In this document: piece by piece, positions 29,235 through 43,310 of the stretch
Layout: every line of letters starts with the position of its first letter
Position numbering within the stretch: the stretch's first letter is position 1
NCBI RefSeq assembly: GCF_009834535.1
Contig: NC_045697.1
Span: forward strand, 57,724,001 to 57,788,000
Length of the DNA stretch: 64,000 nt
Reading direction: 5' to 3'
Origin: Camelus ferus
Taxonomy: Eukaryota
Translations under genes and position numbers: made by a program
Notes under the pieces: generated by a model
The model's input: the letters and a program-made list of their open reading frames with translations, nothing else
What the model was told of the DNA's origin: nothing
Databases searched by the model: none

Positions 29235-31800
29235 TAAAGCTGTATTGAGATATAATATACTATGATACACAAAGATTTAGGATAAAATTGCCATTTTGGT
29301 TAATATATAGAACATCCATAGCACTCCAAAGGGCTTCCCTATACCATATTCTCATCAAACATCCCCAAAGATAACTGCTATTCTGACTTCTATCACCATA
29401 GATAAATTTTGCCTGTTCTTGAAGTCTGCATAAGTAGAATTGTATTGCATTTATTCTTTTGCATCTTGCTACTTTGGTTCACTGTTTGGTGCATGAAGTC
29501 CAATGTTATTATGTGTAGCAGTACTTTGTTTTTATTGCTACATAGTATTCCAGTGAATATACTACAATTAATTTATCTATTCTATTGTAAATGTACATTT
29601 GGATAGTTTTCTAATTTTGAGCTATTTTGAATAAAAATGCTATAATCATTCTTCTACACATTTTTTTAGTGGATAATGTCACTCATTTTTGAGGAGTCCT
29701 TACCTTGGAGTGAAATTGCTAAGAGATAGGATAGGAATAGATTTAGCTTAGTGGATACCACCAAAAATTTTCCAAAATTGTTATACCCATTTATATTTCC
29801 ATTAGTAAAGCAAGAGAGTTCTGATTGCTTCTCACTTTTACTGACATTTAATGTTGTTAGACTAACTTTATAAATGTCAGGGAGTGATTGGTATCATTGT
29901 TTTAGTTACATTTTCTAATAACTTGATGTTGAGCACCTTTCCATATGCTTATTGTTTATTTGGAAATATGTTTTTCTGAAGTTCCTGTCCAAGATGTTTG
30001 CCCACTTTTGTTGGGTTTTCTGTCATCCTGTTTATCAATAGATATTCTTTAAATATTTTGAATAGACCATTTGTTGATTTTAGACAGATAACAAATATAT
30101 CCACATTCATCTATATACATACATATGAAAGTAGCAAATGTATATATATATGCATATCAATATATGTGGCAAATATACATTATCAATCTGAAGCTGATTT
30201 ATTATTTATATAAGTGTCCTTTTATGACAAAAATTCTTATTTTTCATTAATAAAATTTTTAAATTTTTAAATGGATACTTTAAAAGAAATATATATATCC
30301 CTTATTTTATCTTTCACATGTAGGGCTATAAAGTTTCTTGTTTAAATTTGAAGTTTAGAGTGATGTGGAGGTCGTGGTTCATTTTTTTCTATGAAAATTT
30401 ATTTGAACCAGTTCCATCATTTGAAAAGATTATCCTTTTCCCACTGAAATATAATGGTGTATTTGCATGAATCATGTGATCTGTAAAAATATGATATTTC
30501 TAGACAGTGTATCTGTTTCACTGGTCTACATGTTTATCCTTGTATACATATTTTACATATCTAAGACATCAAGTAAAATGTTGAAAAAGTGGTGATGTTA
30601 AAAACCCTTGTCTAGTTCCTCATCTACTTACAAATACGTTAAATATCATGCTAACTGAAAGATTATTTTAAGATACCCTTTACTAGATTACAGATCCTCT
30701 CTTCTTTTTCTAATTTGCTGAGAGTTTAATTTTTTTTCTTAGAAAGAGATGTTGGATATTATCAAATGCTATATTTTTGTATCTATTGAGATATTCAAAT
30801 GGTTTAACTTCTTTTAATGTTAATATATTGAATTACAGTAAGTGATATTCAAATATTAATCCAACCTTGCATTTCTGAAATAAAATTCAAGTAGTTTATT
30901 TGTATTCGGGATTTACTTTGTAAAGTTTTTTTTTTAATTTTTGCATCTGTTCTGGTGAGAGATATTTAATATTCCAGTCTTATTATGACCTTGTCAGGTT
31001 TTGATATTAGGCTTATACTGACTTCATAAAATGAGTTGAAAATGTTTCCTATTCATACTTTTTTCCTACTTGATTATTTCAATTTTAAAAAGCTGTGTTT
31101 CTTAAAGAATTGATGACTTAATCATATTGTCAGATTTTGGCATTAGACTATATTATTCTATTTTATTTTCATTTTATTATCTTCAAGACTTGATATCCCC
31201 TCTTTATACCTCATTCTGGTAAATTTTTTGCCTTAATTTTCTTGTTAAGAAATCTCTTCTTGAGGCTTATTAATTTTATTGATATCATTTTTAAAAAACT
31301 AAAATTTTACCTTGTTAACATGCATTTGTTCTCTATTTCATTGATTTCAGTTTTTATTTTTATTGTTCCCTTCTACTTTCTTTGGGTTTCATTATGGTAT
31401 TTTTACAGTATTTTTTTTAAAACTTATATAATTGAATTTGATGTTTTTAACATTTAGTTTCTCTAATATATTTATTAGAACTATACATTTTCCATAAGCA
31501 CTACTTTAGCTGCATTCCACCAGATTTTTAGATCATATTTTTATTTTTATCCATTTCAATTTTTTTCTGTCACTACTGTTTTACTTTCTGGATTATTTAC
31601 AAAACAACTGCTTAATTTTCAAACATTTGTGTATTTTTAAATTATATTCATATCATTTATATCTAGTTCATTTCCATCATGATTCAGTAAGTTTGAAGTT
31701 TGTTAAAACTTGTTTTATGGTCAGCCAGCATATGATTGATTGTAATATGTAGTCCATGTACTACTGAGGAGAATTATTCTGCATTTTTAAGGTATATCAT
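29235..31800 (-). mobile_element. Old degraded L1M (3'UTR plus ORF2 fragments)
   Basis: CTATTCTGACTTCTATCACCATAGAT...TTTGCCTGTTCTTGAA, TGATGTTGAGCACCTTTCCATATGCTTATT, CATAAAATGAGTTG, AGCACTACTTTAGCTGCATTCCAC. Confidence 0.75.
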
Positions 31801-33930
31801 GAGGGAGATTTTGATGTTTACATTTTTAATTGAAATGAGTCAATTAGCATATGTCTTCTTTGAATATTAGTGTTTTATTATATAAACTCTATCCATAGGG
31901 TTTTGAATTTATAGGTAATTATATTCAATTTAATTGAATTTTAAAAAATGCACTATGAAATTCTCCAGGAGTAGGAGTTAAGAGAATTCTCCTAAGGATT
32001 ATACCTATAGTTACTACCAGGAAGTAAAAACAAACACCTTTTCTTCTTTTTGTTCCTTCCTTCCTTTTGATTTTTTTCCACTCCCCTTTCTTATTTTTCA
32101 AAAAAAAAAAAAAGAATAAGTTAATTTAATATAAAGAAAAATATTTCATATTTTTTACTGTTCTCAAAAATCTAGAGATTGAGAAGCACAAGAAAATAAA
32201 TATTTTCCCAGGGGAGAAAACAAAGTATACACTCTATTTTTGTCATTTTATGTTTTAAATTTATTTGCTTATCAGGCATTCCATAATGTAGATGAAAACC
32301 CTCAAACTATGTAGAATGTTCAAAGTTATGAAAAATTTAGTTTAATATATAAAATATTATTTCAAAATTGATTATGTATTAATAAAACTGATACTTGTCT
32401 ATGTTATTTTTACTTCAATAATTGAAGAAACCTGCATATATATAGGTAATTAATTACCATCTCAGACAAATGATAAAGTGAGTAAGATCCTTCTGTAAGT
32501 TCACATAAGTACTAAAATTAAGATTCTGTTTATATATCCCAATGTCATTGAATATTGGCAGAGAAACAAAGGAGAACTTCAGTTTCCCTTGAACACATAC
32601 TGGGCTTTGTAACATTCCACTCTATGATACACAGTGGAGAGGCTTATGATAAGTAGCTGATGTTAGTCAAATATTCCACACAAGTACAGTTATAGTTGAA
32701 GAATGAAATTATTTTGAAGAGCAGTTCTGTAACATTAAAACACAGTAATAAATTGACCATAGTTCCTTCTGAAGGACATCTGACAGATTGTCAAAATGTA
32801 TCTGTTGTTATTTCTATAGTTCTTTAAAAAGCAATTAGTGTTTCACATCCATCTGTGATGTTTAAAAAATCTGGAAATATGAGATACTTTTTTAAATGCT
32901 GTTGAATGTCCTGATTAACTTTAATCATGATTGAATTTTAATACATTGTCTTCAGACTGAGTAAAAATCAATAAATTATACTAACTTTTAAAAATATACT
33001 ACAGTAAATATGCATGTGATTGATTAAAAATTATTAAACTTTTCCCATAATTTTTTTTTTATTAATTGCAGTTGTGCAAAGAAAACTTCAACACTTTTTA
33101 TTAGTTAAACTATTCTTAACAGTCACCAAAAACACAGAGGAAAATATAGTTTATTTTATTTAACAATTTTTAGTCTGTGAATAACTTTTTAATTAATTGT
33201 TAATATGTAGAGATTTTAAGTTTGCATTTTCTTTTAGAAGTAAGGATACTTTTAAAGAATCATACATTTTAATTATTTAATTTAATTACTTAATTATTTT
33301 ATTTAATTAAGGGTCCTGATATTGTATTTTGAGTTGTGCTTATCTTCTCCTTGAATCAAATAATATTGCAATTGTTTCATAAGAATTTGCCTGACAGTTA
33401 AGAAAACCTTTTTGTCCTGGCATATTAGAGACACACTTTGTTGGAAAACTAGTATTTTAATTATGAAACATTTAATGCTACTTTATTTGTGCATTTATAT
33501 GAGAAGTATTAATATTTGCTAAATATTATTGTTAGAAAAACAAATAATTCCAGGCTCTTGCCCTCCAAGAGTCTTACAGGAATTATAGAGAAAGACATAG
33601 AGCAGACTGTTCTCTTGGAAAGAAGTAGCAAAAAGGGGAGGAACTGTGACACAGCCATCTTTATTTCTAGAACTAACACATAGTAAATACTCATTAAACA
33701 TTTAATAAATTAATGTATAAAGGATAAATATAATAAAGTACCCTAGATATGATGGTAAAATAATACATTTAGTACAATTGGTACGTAAAGTTAATGTTAA
33801 TTATTATTAAAACTGTTAACTATTATTATTAACTATTACATCAATATAGGGTTATTGACTTCACAGTAGGTGATACTGAGCTGTCTTAAAATCTTAGTAT
33901 TAATGTTCACAAGATAGATAGAATCTAGAG

Positions 33931-34414
33931 CAACACTATCCAGGAGAAATACTATGTGAGTCATATATGTCATTTAAAGCTTTCTAGTCACATTAAAAAA
34001 GAAATTAGAAACAGGTGAAATTAATGTTAGTAGTATATGTATCTGAATGTATCCAAAATAATGTTTCAAATGAGGTCAAAATAAATATTTTTAATAAGTT
34101 TAAATTGTTTTTTTGTACACAGTCTTCGATCTAATGTGTATTTTACACTTAGAGTACATCTCAATTTGTATGCAAAATTTTTAGCAGAAATATTTTATCT
34201 TTATTTAGAGGTCACATTTTTCCAGTTGATAAAGGAGATTCACATATCCTAGTGGTTCCAAACACACTTAAATGTTTTTAAATTGCCAGATAAAATAATG
34301 CATATATTTTTATTAATTAAAATAAATAAAATTACAAGTTTAATTTCTCAAATTCCCTACCCACACTTAGGGTTAGTCATGTTTGGTTACTGACAACCAT
34401 ATCAAACAGTCCAG
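33931..34414. mobile_element. hAT-Charlie MITE (MER3/MER33-like)
   Basis: Flanked by NTCTAGAN 8-bp target sites (ATCTAGAG, GTCTAGAT). Internal AAACAGGTGAAATTAAT and GTGTATTTTACACTTAGAGTACATCTCAATTTG motifs. Confidence 0.75.
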
Positions 34415-34524
34415 GTCTAGATAATATTGATAAACAGACAAAAAATATTCAAAAGAATGTGGCTCATGGCTTACTTTTATAGAAATAAATTACCATTTCA
34501 CACTAAATAACAAAATAATTCTAA

Positions 34525-35560
34525 TTTAATCTTGTTAAAATGGCAGTCCTCTCCAAACTCATCTATAGATTCAACACAATCCATATCAAGATCCCAGGTC
34601 GATTTTTATAAAAATTGACAAGCCAATACTAACATTTATATGGAAATGCAGGGGATCTAGAATTTCAAAAGAATCTTGAAGAAGTACAAATTGGAGTAAT
34701 CGCATTTCCCAAGTTTAAAACTTAGTACAAAACTAAGTATCAAGACAGTGTGATAGTGGCATAAGAAAAATATATGGATAAATGGAATAGAATTCAGAGT
34801 GTAGACTTAAATCCTTACATTTATGGTTAATTGATTTTCAACAAGCATGTCAAGACAACTCAATAGAGAAAGAACAGTCTTTTCAACAAATAGTACTGGG
34901 ACAACTAGGTACTCAGAAGCCAAGGAATGGAGTTGGGTTTCAACTTTACACTAGTACCCCAAAATTAACTCAAAATGTATCATTGATGCAAATGTAAGAG
35001 ATAAAATATAACTTAGAAGAACATATCCATAAAAATATGTAATCACTATGTTGTTTATCTGAAACTAATACAGTATTATAAATCAACTATCCTTCAGTTT
35101 AAAAAGAAAATATAAACCAAAATTGTGTGTGTGGGACCCTACTTCACACACACTAGGATAGCTACAAAATAAAACAAGGATGAAATTTGAAAATATTAAG
35201 TGAAAGAAGCTAGTCACAAAAGACTACATATTGTATGGTTCCTTTTCATTTAGATGAATAATATATACATTATATCATATATCTTATATATGATATATAT
35301 ATAATATTATATATATACATATATTAGAGACACAAAGTAAACTAAATGCTTACTTAGGGATGGGAGTATGGAGTTTGGGGGGAATGGGGAGAGGGAATTG
35401 ACTACTAATCAGTACAGGGTATCTTAAGGGGTATGAAATGTTCTAAAATTGGATTGCTGTGATGTTTTTAGTACATGTGGATGCAGTAAAATGCATTTAA
35501 TTGACACTTTGAATGAGTCAATTGTATGGCATATGCATTATGTCTCAATAAAGCTTTTCA
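34525..35560 (+). mobile_element. Old L1M ORF2/3'UTR fragments, with a short younger L1 tail at ~35035-35110
   Basis: CTCATCTATAGATTCAACACAATCC, TCAAGACAGTGTGATAGTGGCATAAG, CTTTTCAACAAATAGTACTGGGACAACT, TCTCAATAAAGC. Confidence 0.78.
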
Positions 35561-35579
35561 AAACAAAAGTAGTACAGGT

Positions 35580-36590
35580 TGCCTATATAACACTCTTTCC
35601 TTTAGGTCAGCATCTTATATAACCACAGCACATGCACTAGAGCTAATAAATTAATCTTGATATGACATTATTAACAAAAGTACAGATCATATTTGGATTC
35701 CCCAAATTTTTACACTGGTTTTTTTTCTCTTCTTTTATTTTCCAGGATGTAAACCAGTATCCCCAACTGAATTTAGTTTTCCTCCAATCTGTGACAGTTC
35801 CTGAATGTTTGCTTGTCTTTCATGACCTCAACAATTCTGAAGAGTACTGGTGAGTTATTTTATAAAATGCTCTTGATTGTATTTCTCTAATGTCTTCCTG
35901 TGACTAGACTGAGTTACATAATAATGGGAAGGATACCAGCAAGATGATATTTTCTTCTCCATGTATCATATGAGGGGGGTACGTGATATGAATATGACTG
36001 ATAATGTTAACTTTTATCATTTAGCTAATTTATGTCTGCAAATATTTTACAAGGTAAAATAACTGTTTTCCTTTGTTAATATTAAATATTTGGGGGATAC
36101 TTTGATACTACACAAATATATTATTACTGCTTAATTTTTGCCAATTAATCCTAGCATCCTAAATGAATGTTGCCTGTGAAAATTACTGTGGTATTCTAGT
36201 AGTGGTATTCTATTTCCCTCACTTCTCTTTATTTATCAACTGGAATTCTTTGTAAGAAAGACTTATCACTCCTTCCTTTAATTTATTTATTCAGTTACTT
36301 ATATACATATGCACAAATGGATGTTTCATTGGAAGGGTTATAATTCAATATTTACATAACATAACATGTTTTAATTTGTTCAGACGGTTCCAACTTTGAA
36401 CACTGAGAGGACTCTCAGGTTGGTGTATGCACCCTTTTAATATTACTTCCATTATTTCTTTTTATTTTTCTTTATTACTTTGTGGCACCAAAGATTCTCC
36501 AAGCTCATCTTTTAATTTCCTCACCTCTGTCCCATAACCAACCAGTTATCCAAAGGACCCTGGTTCTTTTCATCAGGGAATTTTGATATT
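35580..36590 (-). mobile_element. Old L1MC-type 3'UTR
   Basis: TTGTCTTTCATGACCTCAACA...GAAGAGTACTGGTGAGTTATTTT; CTCCAAGCTCATCTT...CCAAAGGACCCTGGTTC. Confidence 0.65.
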
Positions 36591-38250
36591 AATTTCTCCA
36601 ACACCATTCTAGCACCAGTTTTTAGTCTAGCCATCTCCTTTCCTTATGTGCGGCTTCATTCTCTGACCATAAGAAATCTGGTTGTCTTTCTCTAAATACA
36701 GTAACTTCATAGGTAGATTCTGAAAGTGGAGAATAAAAACCAAGCACATCAATCTTTTTTAGGACTATTAAAGATAAATGAATAAGAATTTTTAGGACAA
36801 TTAAAGACAATTGAATAGAGATTTGTGATGCTTCCAAAGATTATGAGATGTAAAAGTGATAAAATTAGTACAAAATATATAATTTAAAGTACTTCTTAAT
36901 GAAGTAGATGATGTTTCTAAAAGGGCTCAAGAGATAGAACAGTTGGTTTCTGTTTATTTCCCTCTTGTTGGCATTCATCTGTTTGCTGGAAATGAAATAA
37001 AATTATCCATATTGAAGCTTCATAACTGTATTTGTTTTTTGAATTGCTTATGAGGGCTATTGAAATTTAATAACATATGAACTAGATTTATCTGTATTTT
37101 AATGAACTAGTAAAGATATGAGAATTTCTAGACTTAATCCCTTGTAGGGAAAATAAAAATGAAAATTTCTCCAATAAACAGAAATCAGAGAAGACAATTG
37201 CAATTTACTTCTATTATATTAGAAAGTGAGAGTAGTATGCACAGAAAAAGACCTTTTTTCCCATTTAAATAAATATACTTTAATATGGGAAACACAGTAT
37301 ATTCATCTTGACTAATATTACAGTCTATAACCTTTAGAGAAGATGAAGCAAATGGTGATGTGTCAAGTATTGGCAAAATGATTAAAGGATTTAGTAATGT
37401 TAGTTTACATTAATAAAATTATATTTCTCAGAATAAATATTATTGTTTATTGATATAAATTCCAAGGTATATATTGGAAACAAAAGGCAAAACTCAGGGC
37501 CATAAATAGAAAGAGAAAGCTAAAATAGAATCTTGGCTATGTTACAATACATACAAATAAGATTAAATAAGATGGAAGATAAAGGTCTTATTTTAAATAT
37601 GCCATATTTTGTTTCTCAGAAACTTCTATTTAATGTGAAATTGTGCCAAGAGCAAATAAATAAAAATTGAATCTAATTGAAAATGACAATTTGGATGCAA
37701 TATAGTATACCATTTGTGTGTAAAGATTTTAAATCAGATGGAGTTTCAAATAAATTATAACTTTCACTTGCAATACTGGAAAGAAAGATTTTTTAAATTT
37801 ATGTATTATTATATAAGAATATATGAAAGTATGTGCTTATATATCCATGTGATTTGGGAACACATTGTCAGGCGGCCTGAGCTGTGCCAACCTCTAGGAA
37901 TATCTCTCTTAAAATGTTTGTCCCTACTCTGTCTCGAGAATTGCACCCATGAAGCTATAAATGTCAGCTTCTCTGTAATGTCTTCTATGATTCATTCAGG
38001 AAAAAGAAAAAGATGATTCTCACTACTAAAGGCCCATAATATTTGAATATACTTTTATATTGTATCATTTAATACTGTCATGGGTTGTTCATTTCAGCTA
38101 GATTTCCAGAAGAGAAATCTGTGAGTTGACAATTAACAAGGACAATTTGTTAAAAATAGACACAATTGTGATACAGTAAAATTTACAAATCATCATGGGG
38201 CAAAAAACTCTTACATCAGGGCATATCGTTAATTTGGCTACTCCATCCAG

Positions 38251-38337
38251 TGAGTATTCCATTTCTTTGGACACAGTTTGTCCCCACAGGATTAATCTGA
38301 CTGGGGACAATCTGTGTCCAAAGAAATGGAATACTCA
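38251..38337. repeat. Near-perfect inverted repeat / 87-nt hairpin
   Basis: Arms 38251-38286 and 38302-38337 are reverse complements at 35 of 36 positions, with a 15-nt spacer CAGGATTAATCTGAC. Confidence 0.95.
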
Positions 38338-38719
38338 GAGCTCCTGAACCCTAGAAAAAATAGTGAAAGACTGGTCATTTTCATTTATCTTGTTAAGGAA
38401 CACTGGAGCAACTTACGGGGAGACTCTGTGTGGGAAAATTTGGGTCTTGAACCAACACTCAACTACAAGGAACCTGATAGCAATTGCAAACTCATTAAGC
38501 CAACAGATCGTCAAGAGTGCTTCACAGAACAGCAGAGGAGCCAGGCTCACATTTGTGTTAGTATTTTTATTTCATAAACATTTGTAAGCACATAGAAATG
38601 CACATACTATTTCAAGTAAAAGAATAGATATCATGGTAGAAATCTAAAGAAATTGCTATAAAACTTCAGAATGTGGAGAGATGTTTCTAGCATGTAGGAT
38701 TAGGGTAGGGTTCACTTTA

Positions 38720-38843
38720 TTTATTTTTTTTTAACATTTTTTATTGATTTATAATCATTTTACAATGTTGTGTCAAATTCCAGTGTTCAGCACAATTTTT
38801 CAGTTATTCATGGACATATACACACTCATTGTCACATTTTTTT
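38720..38843 (-). mobile_element. Young, severely 5'-truncated L1 3' tail (camelid-like)
   Basis: T-rich tail followed by TTTTATTGATTTATAATCATTTTACAATGTTGTGTCAAATTCCAGTG. Perfect 12-bp TSD GGGTTCACTTTA at 38708-38719 and 38844-38855. Confidence 0.88.
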
Positions 38844-38929
38844 GGGTTCACTTTAAAGATTGAATTTATTTTGAACTTAAATGATAAATAAAATTGAAAA
38901 TCTGGTTATGGAGTGTAGAGTAGATACAT

Positions 38930-39460
38930 TACAGACAACATTGTCTAATATACATGCTGTCTTCCCTTCTTAATAAGAGAAACAATTTGTTTTTCTTTGG
39001 ATGGGACACAGCAATGGACAACATTTAAAATACTTAGCTCCCCAGATGTCCTTACAACAAGGGTTGTATATAGGAGCTAGTTTTGAATGGACTCCTAAGA
39101 ATTTTACTGGATGGAATTTCTGGAAAAACTATTATTTCTTGGTGAAAGAGACAAACTCAACTAGCATGTCCATTTTGCCTATTTCTCTTTCTTCTTTACT
39201 AGAGTTAGATATGATTCACAAAGGCACCATCTTCCAAACTTAAGGATAATGGTTATCAGTTAAGATTGAGAAGGAGTGGGTGGGTTTAGGAATAATTAGA
39301 AGCTGACTCTTTTAACTTTCTCAAGCAATAGCACAAACCCTACATCACTACCCTCAGGACATCTTGTTAAGTGAGTAAAATAAAACTTATACTTTGTTAA
39401 AAAGACTGTGACTACAGTCAAGAATCTAATATGAACTGAACCCAATCTTAGCGAACACAG
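38930..39460 (+). mobile_element. Old MLT1 LTR
   Basis: CTTCCCTTCTTAATAAGAGAAAC...CCCAGATGTCCTTACAAC...AACTGAACCCAATCTTAGCGAACACA. Confidence 0.55.
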
Positions 39461-42339
39461 GGCACCAATGGGGATATTCCAAAAAAGAAAATAGCATAGA
39501 AGATCTATCATGGAAATCAGAATTACATGGCATATATGTAAACAGGGAAGGCCCTAGAGTAAATGATATGTGAGCCCAGAATATGTAAAACCACTTTATA
39601 GGAAAAGATTTTGATATTACAGCTATGTCCTGAAGTCCTATAGGTTTACATTTGATTTTGTAGGCCACTGGAACTCTGGAATACACAATCAGAGCTATGC
39701 TACCGGAAGATTACTCTTGTAGTGTTTTCAAGGATAGTTTTTGATGGGAAGGACTGGTGAAGTGAGATTAGATTGATCGAAAGCTTACACAAGGGTATTG
39801 GTCATGTGGGTGGTAACGGAAGACACCATGCATGGAATAGATGGCCCACGCAACAGGTTAAATGAAACATGAATCTGGGCTAGGGAGGAAGAAACAGTAC
39901 TTGGGGTTAGAATATTCAGGTTTTTATCTTTTATACTTTTATTGTCATGTTCTTGCTATATTATCTGAGCATGTTGTTTAAGCTTCGTAAGCCCCAGGTG
40001 TATCAATAATGCCTAGCTTAATGGGTTAGGGTGAGTAGTATAACCAACAATATATATTTAAAGGCTTAGTATAGTGTTTGATTCATTGAATTTTTCATTG
40101 ATTCATTAACTGTATAGATTATTATGACTCACATTGGGAAGTGTTACATATTGAAGCTCCTTCTTACATATACACGGTTTGGGATGGTAAATAACAGAAT
40201 TAACTTTTTTCTCTAGCATAGTACAATTAAAAAACTATATAATCAGAAAAAAATAGGCTTTATTTTTGAAGGGTTTTCTTGTTTCTCACTTCAAATAATC
40301 TATTTTCTATCATCACATTTGATAGAAATCTAATCAGTGCATAGACTGTATTTTCTTTAGTTTTTCAGTGTTTTAAAACAACTATCTCTTTCCTGTTTAG
40401 ACCAGGTGGGCTTGCCAGCCAGTCAATACACTCATAAGAAATGCCATTATAATAAAAAAAAATTCCTAGTAGCATCAGAAAAAAATACCCCTGCCTATTG
40501 GAAAAATAAATTATTCTCAAAACCCATCATGCATACAGAGTATACCATGTTATAGTTATTTTATTTTTAGAAATTGCATTTAAAAAAATAGATATAGATT
40601 TAGAAATGTAAAAAAAGACTAATATCAGGAAACAAAACTATTTAAAATGTCACATCAGGAATATAAACTACATTTAGTTTGAATGCTATGCCTGGCTGCT
40701 TAAAATAGACCATAAAAAAAAATAATGTTAAAACCATATTTTAGCATGGTCTACTTAATCCATGGGCACTGATGAAAAAAACATTTTCATGTCAGTTTTC
40801 TACTTTGTAGAACCATGCGTGGGTATTGATTTACATCAAGTTTATTTCCACTCAGTTGAGGAATTAACTTAGGCGGGCATAAAAATATTCTATTCAGTTT
40901 ATCCCAAGAAGTTATGCTGAAAATGCTTATTATGGTGGTTTTAAATTTGCTTACTCTCTGTGATACTTTAAAGTGATGAATTCCTGTCTTTGATACATTG
41001 AAAAAGAATTAATTCCATGTCCTTAAAACACCATTTCTTGGTCTTATTCTTGATCTAGTCATATGCAAAGTAAAATTATTTTCTTACATCTTCATCTCAG
41101 ACAAATTTAAAAATAAAAGTGATGGTTTTCATTGTTTTGGAAGGAAACAGAAATTGCACATGCATACTTTATTAAAAAAATAACGTCAGCATTTCAGAGA
41201 GGCAAAAAGCAACATTCCATTTCTATGATTCTGAACAGTAAATACACTTTCTTTGGTCTTAGATCTAAGTAGCATCTTTCTCTTACATACAAAAGTTGTA
41301 AGATATTCAGAATATAAAGTTTCTTTGGCTCTAAAGAGTTTTCTATAATCAGTTGTATACGTAGTGGTTAGTGTTCAACTTTGCAGTCAGAAACATTGGG
41401 GGACTTTGCCTTTTAATACTGGGCTGGTTGAGAATGTTCTCTCATGTTCATTTTTCTATAATATAAAAATTTTATTAGCAGGCTTCTCAAATATAACTTA
41501 AATAAAATACTGTATACAATAGCACTTAGAGCACAAAATAACTTCCCTTTAGTTCTTTTTCTATCAAAATTGGTTTTGAATAAATGTCGATTGAACCATA
41601 ACATTTTAGTAGATTAAAAACAGATATGCATAAAGCGTTTTATATTTTGAAATATAACATATATTGAATGTCATATTTAATATGCATGGCTCTTAAAATA
41701 TAAAGAACTCACTTTTATTTATAGACTAATTTTTGTAGAAATAAATTATGCTTTCTGAAAAAATCATGAAAAAGATGAATATCATACCTTTTAGTTATGA
41801 ACCTTTGCTTTGTGGTGCACTTAAAATTTGTATACAATATATCTTCATCTACTATCTATAAATGTAACTTTATAATTCTTTTAACAACATGTCATTTATA
41901 CTTTAACATTCTGAGTTGGATTTATGTTGCCCTACTCTTGGTAACACCCATTTAATTCAGTTTGTAAATGTTGGTATTTTTGCCAGTGCTGAGAACAATT
42001 AGGTTACTTAACTAAGTGATAATTTTCTAATTAATTCAATTAAATGCTCCTTTAAGTATATTTGGCTTGGGGGAGGAGAATGCTAGAAATCTATAGCTGG
42101 ACTTGTAATCTGGCTGTGTGCCTAGAAACACTGAACTGTGATATTAAGTAGTCACATGAGTAACTGGGAACAAACAGTAAGAAAAATTAAGCCATTTTGT
42201 CTAAGAGCAAAAAGCTACACACTGAGTGGGAGAAGGTATAAATTTGTCTTTAGCTCACAGTTGTTGAAAAGTGTAACAGATCTGTGAATACTAAGACACA
42301 AGAATTGAGATTTGGAGCTTTTCTTGCAAGATAGAATTT

Positions 42340-42640
42340 TTTGTAGGTCAGGTTCACTTGGAATTGGAGAGTTGCATGTAGAGGGTTTACTGGGGCAAGT
42401 CTTTGGGTTTGACACCATGAGAGTGAAGGCAGCCCAAGAAGCTCTGGAGCTGACGTGATACCTAGAATTGCCCTGCACTGAGGCTAGAAGGCTAGGCATT
42501 TCTATCCTCATACCAACCAGTCAATGGTGCAGATTATTTAGCCCAGGGCATTTCTTGGAGAGGGACTCATTGGTGTGCTGGCAGCAGCCAACATTTCCAG
42601 TGGCTGGGGGGAGTAATTGCTGGGAATCTAGTAAGTACGT
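42340..42640 (-). mobile_element. LTR16-like ERVL LTR
   Basis: GAGAGTTGCATGTAGAGGGTTTACTGGGG...GAAGCTCTGGAGCTG...ACCAGTCAATGG. Confidence 0.55.
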
Positions 42641-42859
42641 AGTCTCCAAATGCAAGTTTTTAAAAGCCTATTGGAGTATTTTTAAAATACAAGATTTAAA
42701 AGCCTGTTTGAAAATAGATAGTGATAACTATTAACAGTTACTTGTATTTTAAATCAAAAACTGCTTTTAAATTTTTTCAAATTTATAATGTAGTTTCTTT
42801 CAAGCCAAAAAATTTAATTTTTTTTACTTTTAATAACTCTAGTGAAATGAAAATAATCG

Positions 42860-43310
42860 TGTTCAAATTTTCATTCATTAAGCATTATACTTTGACACTT
42901 TGTGGAAAATAAATTGACCATCTAAGAGTGAGTCTGTATCTGAATTCTCTAGTGTATTTATTTGATCTATAAGTCAATCCTCTCACCAAAACAATAGTGA
43001 TTTGATTAATGTAGGTTTGCTCTAAGTATCAAAATTAGGTGTATAATCCCTTCAAAATTCTTGTTTTTTCATATTGTTTTGGCTATTTGTCTTTACAGTA
43101 GTTCTTAAAATCAGTCTTGCATCTTCAGCAAAAGCCTACTAGCATTTTTAGTGGGATTAAATTTAACCTATTGGTCAATTTTGGGAGCATTGCTATCTTA
43201 ACAATATTGAGTCTTCCAATGCATGAACAATCTTTTATCTCTCCACTTAATGTGATCTTCTTTAATTTTCCTCGATAATATTTTATAGCTTTTAGTTTAT
43301 AAGAGCAATA
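42860..43310 (-). mobile_element. Old L1 ORF2 fragment
   Basis: Minus-strand translation IKDCSCIGRLNIVKIAMLPKLTNRLNLIPLK matches L1 ORF2 (WIGRINIVKM.ILPK). Confidence 0.78.
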
